This document shows positions 1 through 12,389 of a stretch of DNA of 64,000 nt, in pieces. How positions within the stretch are numbered: position 1 is the stretch's first letter; each line of letters begins with the position of its first letter. Made by a program: the position numbers and the translations under genes. The stretch lies in NCBI GenBank assembly GCA_044892525.1, contig CM097885.1, positions 47,679,727 through 47,743,726 on the forward strand, in the 5' to 3' direction. This DNA is from Schmidtea polychroa (lineage: Eukaryota). The notes under the pieces are model-generated. The model was not told the origin of the DNA and did no database searches. It worked only from the letters and a program-made list of their open reading frames with translations.

Positions 1-1110
1 CAATTATCTAATTGTTATTTATTTAATTAATCTTTTTGAAGTAATAGTTTGATTTATTTGATTTAATTATATTAAATATTTGTGTTTTCATCTTTTTTAT
101 TCCTTTTCCACAATGATTCGACAGTAAAATATTCGATAAATATATATATATCAAAACTACTTAATCGTTCTTATTTATCATCTGTTAAAGGTAAAGAAAC
201 AGAAAAACTTAACCAATATGTCCATAAGTTTAGATTTAAAATTTGTTTATATCAGCAATCCTTTCACAAATAAATATGATAAAGTCAGTTCAAATCACTA
301 AAAAATCTGGTTTATAGAGGAATATAACTTGGGAAAAAGTGATTGCATCTTTTAAGATACTGTGCCGCAATTTTTTTTGATAATTTAAAGAATCTTTAAT
401 CGTTTTTCTCTTTCCTTTAAAGAAAATCGATAAGTAGAAACAAAATATTGATCGGTAATGTAAATACTAAATACTTTATTATTGATCAAAAATCCACTCA
501 ATATTAAATTCATTAATTAAACTTCTAATCGATTTGCACTATTGGAAAGACCACATTTCTTTGATTGATTTTTGACAAAAAAAATTGATTTTGATTTTCA
601 ATTATTTAATTTTTGTTTTGCAATATTGATTGTAACACATTAAAATAAATCGAATATTAATTATAAATTTGTTAATAATGAAATCTAATCACTACAATTA
701 AAATTAATTCAATCTTTTATGCAACATTGTTGCGTAATTTTATCTACCTTCAATCTTTGAAATTACCATTAAGCTATTTGATTTCATTTTATTAATTTTT
801 AATCATTTAAAAAATATTTCTGTAGGAAATCTGATTTTTTTTAAACCAAATGATAAAAAATAAATCTATATTTATTTAAAGAAGTCAATCCTCGAAAAAA
901 TACGATGAATTTATTGGAAACAATAGATTAATAATGTATTTATCTTTTGGTTTCACCTTTGATCTTTCTTTAATTCAATAATTTTCATATTAATATTTGT
1001 AAGGCTATAGATCAAAACAATATATAAGGTACACGATATTTTGTCACAGCCTTTATCAAGTGTGTATTTCAATCGTTATAAGTTTAATTTTAAAAGGTAA
1101 CTAAGATTGT

Positions 1111-1338
1111 ATTTGGTTCATCCTCCATCGTTAGTTCTGTTTACCAGAAATGGCCCACTATGCATTCATATTTGATATACATCTTCAATTAAGAGATATA
1201 TACTTCTAGCCCATTTAAACTTTGAGAATAAGTTGAGAATATTTCGTCGCCAATACTTATGAGCATTCGCTTTACCTGGTTTTTACACTCACAAATGCCA
1301 GCTACCCTGAGGGAAACTTTGAAGGGAATCAGCTACTA
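1111..1338 (-). pseudogene. Degenerate 28S (LSU) rRNA fragment, part 2
   Basis: Reverse complement matches conserved LSU motifs: TAGTAGCTG..TCCCT..AAAGTTTCCCTCAGG.TAGCTGG, GGTAAAGCGAATG, ATTCTCAAA.TTTAAATGGG, AGTGGGCCATTT.TGGTAA.CAGAACT..CGATG..GGATGAACCAAA. Many substitutions. Confidence 0.85.
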
Positions 1339-1779
1339 CGCCACCATTAGTTACCGCGCACTGGTTAGCAACAGAGGCCCCTACCCCCTCATTTTTTCAA
1401 GCTCAAATCGCGATTATTGATTGTCGCGATTGACCTTTAAATTTTTTATTTTTATTGATTTTAAAGTGCAAATTAGAAATTCAAGTATTGATTTAAATGT
1501 GCAATTATTGATAAAAAGTGCAAATATTGATTTAAAAGTGAATTTTCACTTTGTTTTATCTCACTGTAGCGCGGGATTTTGAGATTTTCAAAATATTATT
1601 TCGACTAAAATATAGAGGGTGACGTCACCTACATATTTGCTGACCACAACATTTTTGTATCTCTTCAAGATTTTTCTGGCGAAAAATTTAAATTTTTCAA
1701 AGAGAGAAACTTGACTAGAAAAAGATTTTTTGAGATACTTGGAAATTTTCTTTTTGTAAAATATGGAGAATTTATGGAA

Positions 1780-1931
1780 ATTAGTCTTCCACCTCTATAC
1801 TCATGACCAATGATCAGAACCGTGGCTTCAACATATACAAACATAGTTCATTATCTTTCTGGTCTCTCGCTCAAACTCCATCCAGAAACCATTTGACTCG
1901 AGATAATATAAAACTCCTTGGTCCGTGTTTA
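1780..1931 (-). pseudogene. Degenerate 28S rRNA fragment, part 1 (internally deleted)
   Basis: Reverse complement contains AAACACGGACCAAGGAGT, GAAAGAT..TGAACTATG and TATAG.GG.G.AAGACTAA, which precede the part 2 motifs in LSU rRNA. Confidence 0.8.
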
Positions 1932-2407
1932 ATAATTCAAAATATAAAACATTTGACAATTTATTAATTATAATTTTCTATTAACAAAATAAATCGTTTG
2001 GGGAAATAAAAATAGAATTTCAACGAAAAATATCAAATATCAGATTGTTGGTAGGTAGATCTCTAGGTAGCTGCACACAGCGCATAGAATTACAGTCCCT
2101 TGAAATGGGACTGATAAAATTAATTGCCAATATTTACTATTTCTACTATCAATTGATTATTTGTTTGAATGTGTGATGAAGAAGAAAGCTGGAAATTTTA
2201 ATTTGGGTTCTAAAATGTTTCTTATAAATAAATAATTGAATTTGTTATCTTGGAATACATAACACTATTGATTCTTTTTTGGTCCTAGCATTTCTTCTTT
2301 GAAATTTCTCTATCCACATTTTGAGAATAGACTTTGTCCAGCACCGTACTGTTGCATGTTTAACAGTGAATAATCGCATTGAACCCTTAAATATTAAATA
2401 CACTACG

Positions 2408-2550
2408 AAACTAAAATTAATTGAAAATTATTTACGGTCTACAATTTCACATTACATAATTTCTGGATTAGCAAAATTGTCGATTGACATTGGAATAACT
2501 GGAACAATTGATTAAAATGATATGATTGATGAATTTGCCATAAAGATCTA
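2408..2550 (+). mobile_element. hAT (ZMYM1/Tip100-like) transposase C-terminal remnant
   Basis: KLKLIENYLRSTISHYIISGLAKLSID...NDMIDEFA resembles the hAT dimerisation tail. Confidence 0.6.
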
Positions 2551-2995
2551 TAAAGATTGCTTTATAATTTCATTGTATTAATTTTATTAATAAAATCAAT
2601 AAAAATGAATTCAATAAAATATATACGTATGTAAAACATATTGACAATAAATAATTTTATCACCAACTCACTCCTAAACGCCTCTATAAATATTATACTT
2701 TCAACCACCGTATGACCATGGGAAATTCCATTTGATAATGAACAAAGTGGCTGAAAATCAATGAGTAGATGAGTTTCGTCATTTAAAGGTTTTATTTCAC
2801 TTTATCATTCTATATTTATTACCGGTATAATTACTCGTTGAAGGGCTTTCAAATGGTCCTCATTATTGATCACCAAGTTCTCAACGTTTACACAATAGTA
2901 AAATAAATCTATGGAGTATTAAAAGTTTCAAAATGGGAAATTAATTTTATTTAGAACTTTAACTGATATTTTATTAATGATAACTAATATTTCAG

Positions 2996-3157
2996 CCAAA
3001 AACCTTTTCACAAATACTAATGAACCTCATCGACAACAAATCCGAGTCAAAGAAGTAATGTTAAAAGGGCAGCTAATTAAAATGAAATATTGCACCACAT
3101 GCAAAATGTTCAGACCGCCGAGGGCATCACATTGTTCTGTATGTGACAATTGTGTGG
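2996..3157 (+). CDS. DHHC palmitoyltransferase (ZDHHC9/14/18-like), internal exon (N-half of the cysteine-rich domain); upstream exons lie outside the window
   Basis: ttcag| acceptor; encodes [25 protein letters not shown]|gttag donor. Confidence 0.92.
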
Positions 3158-3189
3158 GTTAGCAACTTACTTTGTTATTTTCATTATTA

Positions 3190-3670
<481 letters not shown>

Positions 3671-3978
3671 AAAGGCCCAGGCAAATCAAGTTAAGATCAA
3701 AATTGAGCCACATCCTCAATAAGGTCATTTACTCAATGACAATCGTATTTTCACGCGCCATATTGTGTATAGAGAAATTTTGTAATAAATAAATCATTCT
3801 TATGAACTGAAAATTAATTACTCATTCTTTTTACTGAACTCATTCACATACCAATTTTTTGGTTTTTGACACACTGATTCGAACGCATGCAATAAGATTC
3901 ACGTGAAGGGCTTGGGTTAGTAATTAGGGTTAGGGTATTAGTAATTTTTTAATAGTAATATTAATAATAATACAATAA

Positions 3979-4376
3979 AGTGATAATTTAAGCCTTTTGC
4001 TGCGAATAATGTATTTAATGAAAAAATTTTCGATTATAAACTAGTCCTTGTCAATCTCCTTTCAAAAGGCCTGAGCCGGGCAAAATACTTGGAAATACGG
4101 AATTTAGCTAGAATCAACGAGAAAATTGCGAAATTATACTGCCAAATAAATTTCCTTCGCCGTTGTAAAGAAACAAAGATCTATCCTGCAACAATTGACA
4201 ACATCCACTTACCTCAGATTCTCAACAAAGATCAAAACATCAAGAGAAATAAAAACATCAAAGATTATATTTTAACAAATTTAATTAGAAGTACAGGAGA
4301 TTGAGAAGGATTATCTTAGAATCGAAAATTTTTTCAATAAATACATTATTCACAGAAAAAGGCTTAAATTATCACT
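3979..4376 (+). mobile_element. Penelope-like remnant: N-terminal ORF fragment between inverted ~82-bp pLTR-like copies
   Basis: 3979-4060 and 4295-4376 are imperfect inverted repeats. The enclosed ORF (INFLRRCKETKIYPATI) resembles the N-terminus of Penelope ORFs. Confidence 0.55.
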
Positions 4377-4419
4377 ATTGTTTTAAATAATAAATGCTGC
4401 TTCCAAGAAATCATCACTT

Positions 4420-4420
<1 letters not shown>

Positions 4421-4501
<81 letters not shown>

Positions 4502-4518
4502 TTAATAATAATAATAAT
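4421..4518. repeat. (AAT)n microsatellite
   Basis: Directly visible. Confidence 0.97.
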
Positions 4519-4584
4519 CTGTCTACATAGTAATTTTTTTTCACGGTACGTCCGCGGTAATATTTTTTGTTCAAATTATGTGAA

Positions 4585-4783
4585 CCACATGTGATGCACA
4601 GGGCAATATTTAAACTTTATAGGCAAACTAGTCGGGCGTTCTGTGCATCACATAATGTTTGTGTAATTTTAAATTAATTTATTTTTCAACAGTTTCAAAT
4701 AAAATATTGTTAAAGAAAATAAGATCAATTGTGCATCACATCTGTGCAATCATATATGGTGCACAGGACAGTCAAAGGGTTAA
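4585..4783. mobile_element. piggyBac-type transposon end with repeated TGTGCATCACA motifs
   Basis: Ends ...GACAGTCAAAGGG-TTAA; the motif recurs in both orientations; partner end not found. Confidence 0.35.
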
Positions 4784-6646
4784 TGATGCCAATTTGAATG
4801 TGATTTACGGACATTGGTAATAGTTTATATACGAAATACACGAAAAGAAGTTGATGGCTTAATTGCTTAATATTACCGATTTTCCTAAACGTAAACGTGT
4901 GGAGTTACTACCCATTTTAAACATTATTTTTTGGTCTCTGGTCTTCCATATGCGTCTTTACTTTATTTGTCCAGGCCTTCCAAATAAAGTTCAATGATAT
5001 CATTTCATATTTCCCTATAAACTTGATTTAATGCTAATTTTTGATATTCCAACTCTATTTATCTTTTTTATATATTATTCAGCTTTTATGATGCAATTGT
5101 TAATTATGTTGTGTTTTATCGTACTAGTTTCTGAAATATTTTTATCAAATTGTGCTTTGTAATAGTGGTTATTTATGTTTCAGTACAGAAGAATGACCTA
5201 GTCATTTGAATAACAACTAATCTTCTTGCTTCGCTTCATTAAGACCCTCCTCGTTCTAATATGCGTTCACTGCATATTCCATAGCCAATCATAAATATAA
5301 GTAATTAAGTTTTCCTCTTTAAAAATCTCTAATAAATAAATTAATTGGTTATACTTTATTTGATTACAGTGGACGCTATTTATAAAATAGTTGCACTAAT
5401 AGTTTATGATCAATAGTGATTTTTATTAAAAATCTAGATAAAATAACATTTTGCTATTGGTATATTTTGTTCGTGTTTATACCAATAAATTTATATATAA
5501 ACAATCATGCGGTCACAAGATTCCATTCAACAATTTTTACTATATCAATTGAAAATCAGTAATTTGTGAAAATATTTGGTTGTTTTCACTGTTTAAAAAA
5601 CACATACCTGCTTTTTGAATGAAAAGTTGAGCTTGACTTTTATTTGCACGTATTTATTTATAAAATTACAAAAAATATGTCTTATTATAGCATTTATAAA
5701 TGAATATTTATTTTATTATTTCCAAACCGTATATTAAATTGCTGACCACCGACAAATATTTTTCACCGTGGGTAATTTTGTTTTTTTTTAAGATAGCATG
5801 TTTTGCTATGATTACAAAATGTGTTTGCCATTTAAGAGTGCAATAAAAGTTTTTAGAGTGGGGGAATTCTAGATGAAATGATTCTATTTATTAAAACATA
5901 GATATCCAATTCATTTATTTTAAATTGTTTTATACATAAGATAATTTATAATATTTACTATCAGATATAATAAAAAAGTGTGTAAATTCACCCTTGCATT
6001 CTCCATGGCTGCGACACAAATTTAGATGGGCTGAAATAATATTCTTCGACCATCAATCAATTAGTACACTTTGTATTGTTAGCGTTAAAGGGTTTTCGGC
6101 CGTATGCTATTATATATATGTATTGTTTTACCTATGAGTATTGCTTATATAATTTCAAAATTTATGAAATTAGGGCCAATATCAATAAATACATTAATTT
6201 TTGAATTCATTCTCAGTAATCCTCAGTACTTATTTATGCTTTAATCTTTTGTTACAACATTCCACATATGTGAACGTTTAAAAAATGTATACTTGTTTTT
6301 AAATCATGATTTTTGCTTCAAAATTTTAATTTTTAAAAGTATTTATTGGTAAATATCATGAAATAATTATAGTTAATTTTTCAAGAAAGTGGCTTTAAAA
6401 ACTAGGCATTTCTGAATCAGTTCTATGTAAAGGTAATAAATGATATTTATTCAGATATTTGGTAATAAATTATTACAGTATAATATCATTTTCTCACAAA
6501 GCTCTTACAAAGATTTGTGGCAATGTTATTATTATTATTATTATTATTATTAGAAATTGATGATTATTCTTATAATCGAAAATGAATATATTTTATTCAA
6601 TATATAATTTGCAGCAAAGGATTTATATTATCATTTACTTGTTTAA

Positions 6647-6743
<97 letters not shown>

Positions 6744-6762
6744 ATTATTATTATTATTATTT
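6647..6762. repeat. (ATT)n microsatellite
   Basis: Directly visible. Confidence 0.97.
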
Positions 6763-7439
6763 GTTGTTATATTTACCTCAAATTTAACATTTATATCGAA
6801 GTTAATAAATGTTCTATAATAATTAATGAAAACAATTTTATCAGTACATTTATAATCCAGTCTGATCGATGGTAATTACAACATTTTTAAACCGTTGCAT
6901 GAGAATTGCACGATGTTGAATAAGTAATTATATATATTTGAGCCAGGTATTCATTTAACAAAAAAATTATTTCCGCTAACCGCAATTTATTCTCCAATTC
7001 AGGGAATGATCTAAAAATCGATCAGACTATTTATTCAACAACACGATTCACTAAACATTTCTATAAATCATTTATTTGACTAGTAATTTATTTGTCGGAA
7101 TTTATATAAAGACATTTTCTTCTATTAAACCGTTATATTACAGACAATTCGTCGCAATTCCTAATATAACATAACATATTTGTTATTTTAGGTTTATTTT
7201 ACATTTCTATTGACGTTTTAACTCCTAATTTTATGGATGAAAGGGAACTTAGATCAATTAAAAATTGCAATTAGTATTATTTGAAAGCTTCACAACATAA
7301 TGTATTTTATAAGTATATTTAAACTTTGTCGAAGTAACTTAATAAAATAGAAGTATTTTCGATATTTCATTTATTGAAAATTTGATAAGAAACCAATGGT
7401 TTATAAATATGTTAACAGCTGAAACTCCAAATTGAGGTC

Positions 7440-7650
7440 TCCAGTACTGCGAAGAGATCCTTAAGATTTTGGATGATGTCGCAGATTTTTTTGGATAATA
7501 TTATTACCATAGATGATACATTACTTTCACTATATGTTCCACAGTTGGCGCTCATGTTGATGTGTCAAAAAATTATTCTGGTTGATTTTGCAGAAAGTGG
7601 TGTTCGAATTAACATCTACTACTTCAAACTTGTCCAAGAAACAAGAAACT
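7440..7650 (+). mobile_element. mariner-type transposase remnant
   Basis: FLDNIITIDDT..LYVP and IILVDFAESGVRINIYY resemble mariner FL..IVTGDETW..Y.P and GIILIDFL..G.TIN..YY. Confidence 0.55.
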
Positions 7651-7657
7651 ACCAATG

Positions 7658-8768
7658 ACTATCAATAACGCTTCACAAATTACATGTTCCCATTAATTAT
7701 CGAAATTTTTTAATAAAATTTTAAAATCAGACATACCTATTTTATTCTTCTGCTCACTAATATTGGTCAATGTCTTCGGTTTATAATGTTCTCGAGCTCG
7801 AATACAGAGATGACGGAAGTCTATCCAATGTATGTGGCATTACACCCATTACACGTAAACTGATAAACGAGATCAGAACACAATCCAACCGGAGTTTTAG
7901 ACTTATTAACACATTGACGGACAGTAGATGACTATATGACGGCCATATGACTATATGACGGCTATGGACGCAAGTGTCCGTCAACGTGTTAATAAACATA
8001 TTGTGTACTTTGCATGAATTTGACACAATCCTATTCCCTAACTGTTTGCTTATCTTACCTTTATAATCCTTAAAACCTTCTGAGTACGGCAATACCAATA
8101 CAAATTTAGGCTCATAATCTTACACGCGCTATTTAATTTATTCAAATCATCAAACTCATACATATTAACAAAATCACACCAATATTTTCTCAACATCGAT
8201 CCTTAGGATTTTTAATAAATTTATCAAGTCATAGTTTATATCATATTTTATCATAGTTAATAAAAAGGATTTTGAATAACCATTCCTCATTAACAATTCA
8301 ACCAATTTGTCAACACTTTTTCCCTTCACCATATTTCTTTGGTACTTGAATTCACAAAAGCTTTCGAACGCAGTATAGAGACCAGTATCGGTTGGTTTTC
8401 TATAAATCTCTGTTTCATAGTGTTCCTCTTTGCGCTGTATTAACCGATCTAAGAAAGCAAGTGATGGTTTTTTCTCCGTTCCACATGTGAATACAATGTT
8501 TTTATGTAGATCATTCATATAATGCATAAACTGCTAAACATGCCTGTGATTTTCAAATATAAGAAAAATATCATCCACACACGGTTTATCAACAGTAGGT
8601 TTCATAAATTTGAAAAATGCAATTTTCTTTTCTAAGCTTGCCAAAAAATTGAAGCTATCGTTGGCGCTAAATGAGAACCCATAGCAACTCCATCTATTTG
8701 TTGATAGAATTCTTTATTGAAAAGAAAATTGATTTTTGAAGTAGCAAATTCAAGAAGTTCACGAAATA
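7658..8768 (-). mobile_element. Degenerate Penelope-like element (RT C-half plus GIY-YIG)
   Basis: FYQQIDGVAMGSHLAP, YRKPTDTGLY, ICEALLI; collinear with the young copy at 21359-22777; frameshifted. Confidence 0.9.
7910..7988. mobile_element. 79-bp piggyBac-type MITE inserted in the Penelope remnant
   Basis: TTAA on both sides; 14-bp TIR CAC(A/G)TTGACGGACA; the empty site gacttaTTAAtaaacat is present at 21961. Confidence 0.85.
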
Positions 8769-9334
8769 CGTGGTACCGACATGTTGTTAAGAATTTGATT
8801 ATGCGAACTCTAAGATAAATAACATGGCGCTGCGAATTTTGACTTGCCGATATGAACAAGCAAGGCTTTTACTCGAAATTGTCTAAAATTTATTTCTCTT
8901 ATTGGCTTTTGGGATACTTCTTTTTGCAAGTTCAAAAGACTACTGTGAGAAAGTTCCATTTTCAGATCATTTTTAGGAAAGTTTTACTTTTTTATTTTAT
9001 TTTGAACCTTCCAGTAGATCTCTTGATAGTTTAGGTCTTTTGTTTTAAAGTGGCCCATGGGACCATAGGGCTCTTTTGTTCCCTTTGAATTTTTAACCAT
9101 TCGGCACCTTGATTTTGTACATTTATGTACTATTTAATTTGCTCTCATTTGCATAGTCCCAACAAATGTATAGTATCATATCCACATCTACCTTCAAAAT
9201 GCTGCTCTCTAAATAATGTAATTTCAAAATTGATTATTCACTAAAAAATGGTTTAAAATGAAAATTTTTGCCAATCTTAGGGAAATTTGTTTTATTGAAA
9301 CGTTGAGTTTAATTTAGTTATAATTTACTTTCAG

Positions 9335-9472
9335 ATAGATTTGATCATCATTGTCCATGGGTGGGAAATTGTATTGGCCGGCGGAATTATCGGTACTTCT
9401 TTCTATTCAATCTATTCTTGACAATTTATTGTTTGTATATTCTTGGGTTTTCCATTACAAATGTTGTTTTGT
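9335..9472 (+). CDS. ZDHHC exon with the catalytic DHHC motif
   Basis: ttcag| acceptor; (D)[24 protein letters not shown]; phase matches the upstream exon. Confidence 0.95.
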
Positions 9473-9516
9473 GTAATTTCACTTTTCTTATTATTCATTT
9501 TTCAATCTTTTTATAG

Positions 9517-9671
9517 TAAGTATCGATAAGAGTAGTTTAACTGAAGCTTTAAAAACATCGCCTACTAGTGTTATTGTAATAATAATTTCATTTGTGTCAA
9601 TGACATCTGTGATCGGCCTCTCAGGATTCCATTCTCATTTAATTTGTAAAGAAATTTCAACCAATGAAGAC
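9517..9671 (+). CDS. ZDHHC exon (TM4 and TTxE-like STNED)
   Basis: Follows a 44-nt GT-AG intron; GLSGFHSHLICKEISTNED|gtaag. Confidence 0.92.
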
Positions 9672-10222
9672 GTAAGTTTGGTTTTATTAATTTTTTGTTG
9701 TTAACCCGTTTTGAAATAGACTTAAATTATAATCCTTAAACATTATAATTTTTTGTTAGGTAATTCAATATAAACAAATAAAAATGATTATTAAATATTC
9801 TATAACACTTTTTATACTACAGTCACTTAGTCGTAAAAGTGGCGAATTGTTCGAAAACATCAGCTCTTTCTAGGAACGTAGGTGTTAAGGTTTTGATGCT
9901 AAAAATATAAATTAAATGCAATCAAATAAATACATAGTATGTTTTTAACGATCGTGACTTATTTCTTAAACTCTGATCCGTAGAAATTTACCAGTATTAG
10001 TTTTATTATGTACATATGTTGTGTATAAAACATGAAATATATTTTGTGCTGGTTGCACTTTTATTATATATAAAAATTTGTAATTAAAAATTAGATTTGT
10101 TTATATAATTTTTATTTAGCATTTTATGCAAAGTTATTAAATTCAAACATGCCAAATGCAATGATTTTTAATTCAAACATTATCAATACATTACTTATAC
10201 TACTATTCAGAAGTCAATGATT

Positions 10223-11072
10223 GTTTCGACCAGTCAGAGGGGGAAGGACATTTACCTCTGACTGGCAGCTTGTTTGGTGGTTTTTGCATCGCGTCTGTGT
10301 GCGCGGTATGATTAGACCGAATTTTGTGAGTGTGCGCACACAGACGCGAGAAAATTAATTTGTTCTCTGCAGAAAGAGAAATTGTTGTTTAAAATAGAGT
10401 CTTTGGTGGAAATTTTGAATTTTTGGTTTTAGTTGAAATATGGAAGAAAACGGATGTCTGAAATGTCGTATTCCAATGAGCAATATAGCGAAGATTATTT
10501 TCTCACCTGAAGGGAGATTATTCCAAGTCGAATATGCATTTAAGGCAATTGCATTAGATGGATTGCTTTCCGTTGGTATTCGAGGCAATAATTGTGGTGT
10601 AGTAGCTACACATAGAAAAGTTCCAGATAAAATGATTGAGAAGAGTTCAGCTACAAGATTGTTTAATATTACTGAAAGTACTGGATGTGTTATGACTGGT
10701 ATGATCCATGATTGTCGATCTCAAGTATGTCGTGCACAAATGGAAGCAGCTCGATTTAAATATAAAAATGGATATGAAATGCCTTGTGACATAATATGTC
10801 GTTGTATTGCGGATATCAATCAGCTTTACACCCAATCGGCTGAGATGCGACCATTAGGTTGTTCAATGATAGCATTATCTTATGATATTGAAATGGACAA
10901 ACCGTTATTATTCAAAACTGATCTCAGCGGCTTTGTAGCAGGACATCGAGCTGTTGCAGTTGGTGGAAAGCAATTGGAGACTGAAAGTTATTTGGAAAAG
11001 AAACTATGTAAAAATAGAGCGTGTGATACTATCAATTACAGAAAGATTTTGTTGACTTGTTTTAGACGAAAA
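10223..11072 (+). mobile_element. TSD-flanked cassette carrying a captured host gene fragment (Pack-type element candidate)
   Basis: CAATGATT duplicated at 10215-10222 and 11073-11080; ends GTTTCGAC... / ...GACGAAAA(C) are weakly inverted. Confidence 0.6.
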
Positions 11073-11078
11073 CAATGA
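10440..11078 (+). pseudogene. PSMA6: Intronless, doubly truncated proteasome subunit alpha type-6 fragment (10497-11006) within a 212-aa chimeric ORF
   Basis: IFSPEGRLFQVEYAFKAI...KVPDK...GCVMTG...FKYKNGYEMPCD...YTQSAEMRPLGC...YLEKKL. The native N-terminus (MSRGSSAGFDRHIT) and the C-terminal helices are absent. Confidence 0.88.
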
Positions 11079-12247
11079 TTATTAATTCAAACATTATCAA
11101 TACATAGATTACTTATACTACCATTCAGAAGTCAATGATTATTAATTCAAACATTACCAATTCATAGATTACTTATACTACTATTCAATAGCAATGATTA
11201 TAAATTCAAATGGTTCAAATTAAATGATTACTAAATCAAGCATTTCAAATCCAACAACTGCTAATTAAAGTATTAACAATCAGGACATTCCAAACTCCAA
11301 ATTTCCCTTAAACTTACTTCATCAGGAAGATAATTCGAGCTCCAAAAATCGGCCAAATTACGCGACGTCATATTTGGAGAGGGACTGCCATTTTGTTACG
11401 TCCTGTCAGGCCTGGATTAACCATTATGCAAAAAAGGCACGTGCCTTGGGCACCAAGCGTTTGTGGGCACTACAAGTCCTCAAGAAATTTTTTTTTGAAC
11501 AAATTTAAGTCCAGAAACAGCTGAAAATTGAACAAGTGCTATTCTTTTTTTCATTGGTTTATTTGATTTTTAATTTCCTTCATCTCTTTCTTTTCAATAT
11601 ATCATTGAATTAAAATATATCTTTGAATTTTTAGCACCAATTTTTTTCAAATTTTTTAAAAGGTTGTCCAGGAACTATGTTAAATAATTAAAAAATATTG
11701 ATGTATAGTTTAAACATAGAATGAATAATAATTCTAATTTTATTAGATTTTTCGAATAATATTTATTTAATAAGTACTTTTAAAATGAAAAATGTCAAAA
11801 ATACTGACATTTAATTCCGGACAACTATTATAATTATCTTTTTTTCGTCTTTTTCAAAATATGTTTAGAAATTATGTAAAATTTTAGTCTGATCATATTT
11901 TTTGATAACTTCTGAAGTGACAACGATATTAGAATATTAATCGAAATATTTGGAAATAGTTAAATTCAATAACATTTTGAAAGAAAAATATATTTCGTAT
12001 GACTGAAAGTCATATAAGAGTAAATTGTATTTCACTAAAAAAATTTTCTTCTAAATAATTTAAACATTTAAAATTATTTTTAAATATTTTATTAAAACAC
12101 TGATTAGGTTATTTTGTCATAATCAATTAAATTTTTATGTGTTCCAAATATTTTAGTGAATATTTGCTTGAGATCTTTGAATACAAGTTCTTACTAAAAT
12201 CCACGCTTGTATTTATAATCGTATTGGTTTATCAATAAATATTTTAG

Positions 12248-12348
12248 ATTAAAGGATCATACAAATTAATATCTGAATCAAATCCTTTTAGTAAAGGTAA
12301 CGGATGTAAAAATTGTGCTTGGATTTTATGTGGACCAAGACCGCCAAG
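12248..12348 (+). CDS. ZDHHC exon (PaCCT-like motif)
   Basis: tttag|IKGSYKLISESNPFSKGNGCKNCAWILCGPRPP(S)|gt. Confidence 0.9.
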
Positions 12349-12389
12349 GTTTTTCTAATAAATTATTTTATTTGTATTATTTCTTGTAG

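Larger units (their letters stand above)
10161..11192. repeat. ~60-bp tandem repeat (about 3 copies) interrupted by an ~850-bp cassette
   Basis: Unit atgattattaattcaaacattatcaatacatagattacttatactactattcagaagtca at ~10161, ~11075 and ~11135. Confidence 0.85.

Noticed and set aside
3912..3936. TTAGGG telomeric repeats
   Set aside because: Only about two to three units; too short to call an interstitial telomere.
4394..6875. Poly-isoleucine ORFs (4394-4594, 6582-6875)
   Set aside because: They are translations of (AAT)n/(ATT)n microsatellites.
10440..11078. Functional nested PSMA6 gene
   Set aside because: Both conserved termini are replaced by unrelated sequence, and no flanking exons were found.
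10161..11192. CRISPR-like repeat array
   Set aside because: Tandem units without unique spacers, eukaryotic context, no cas genes.
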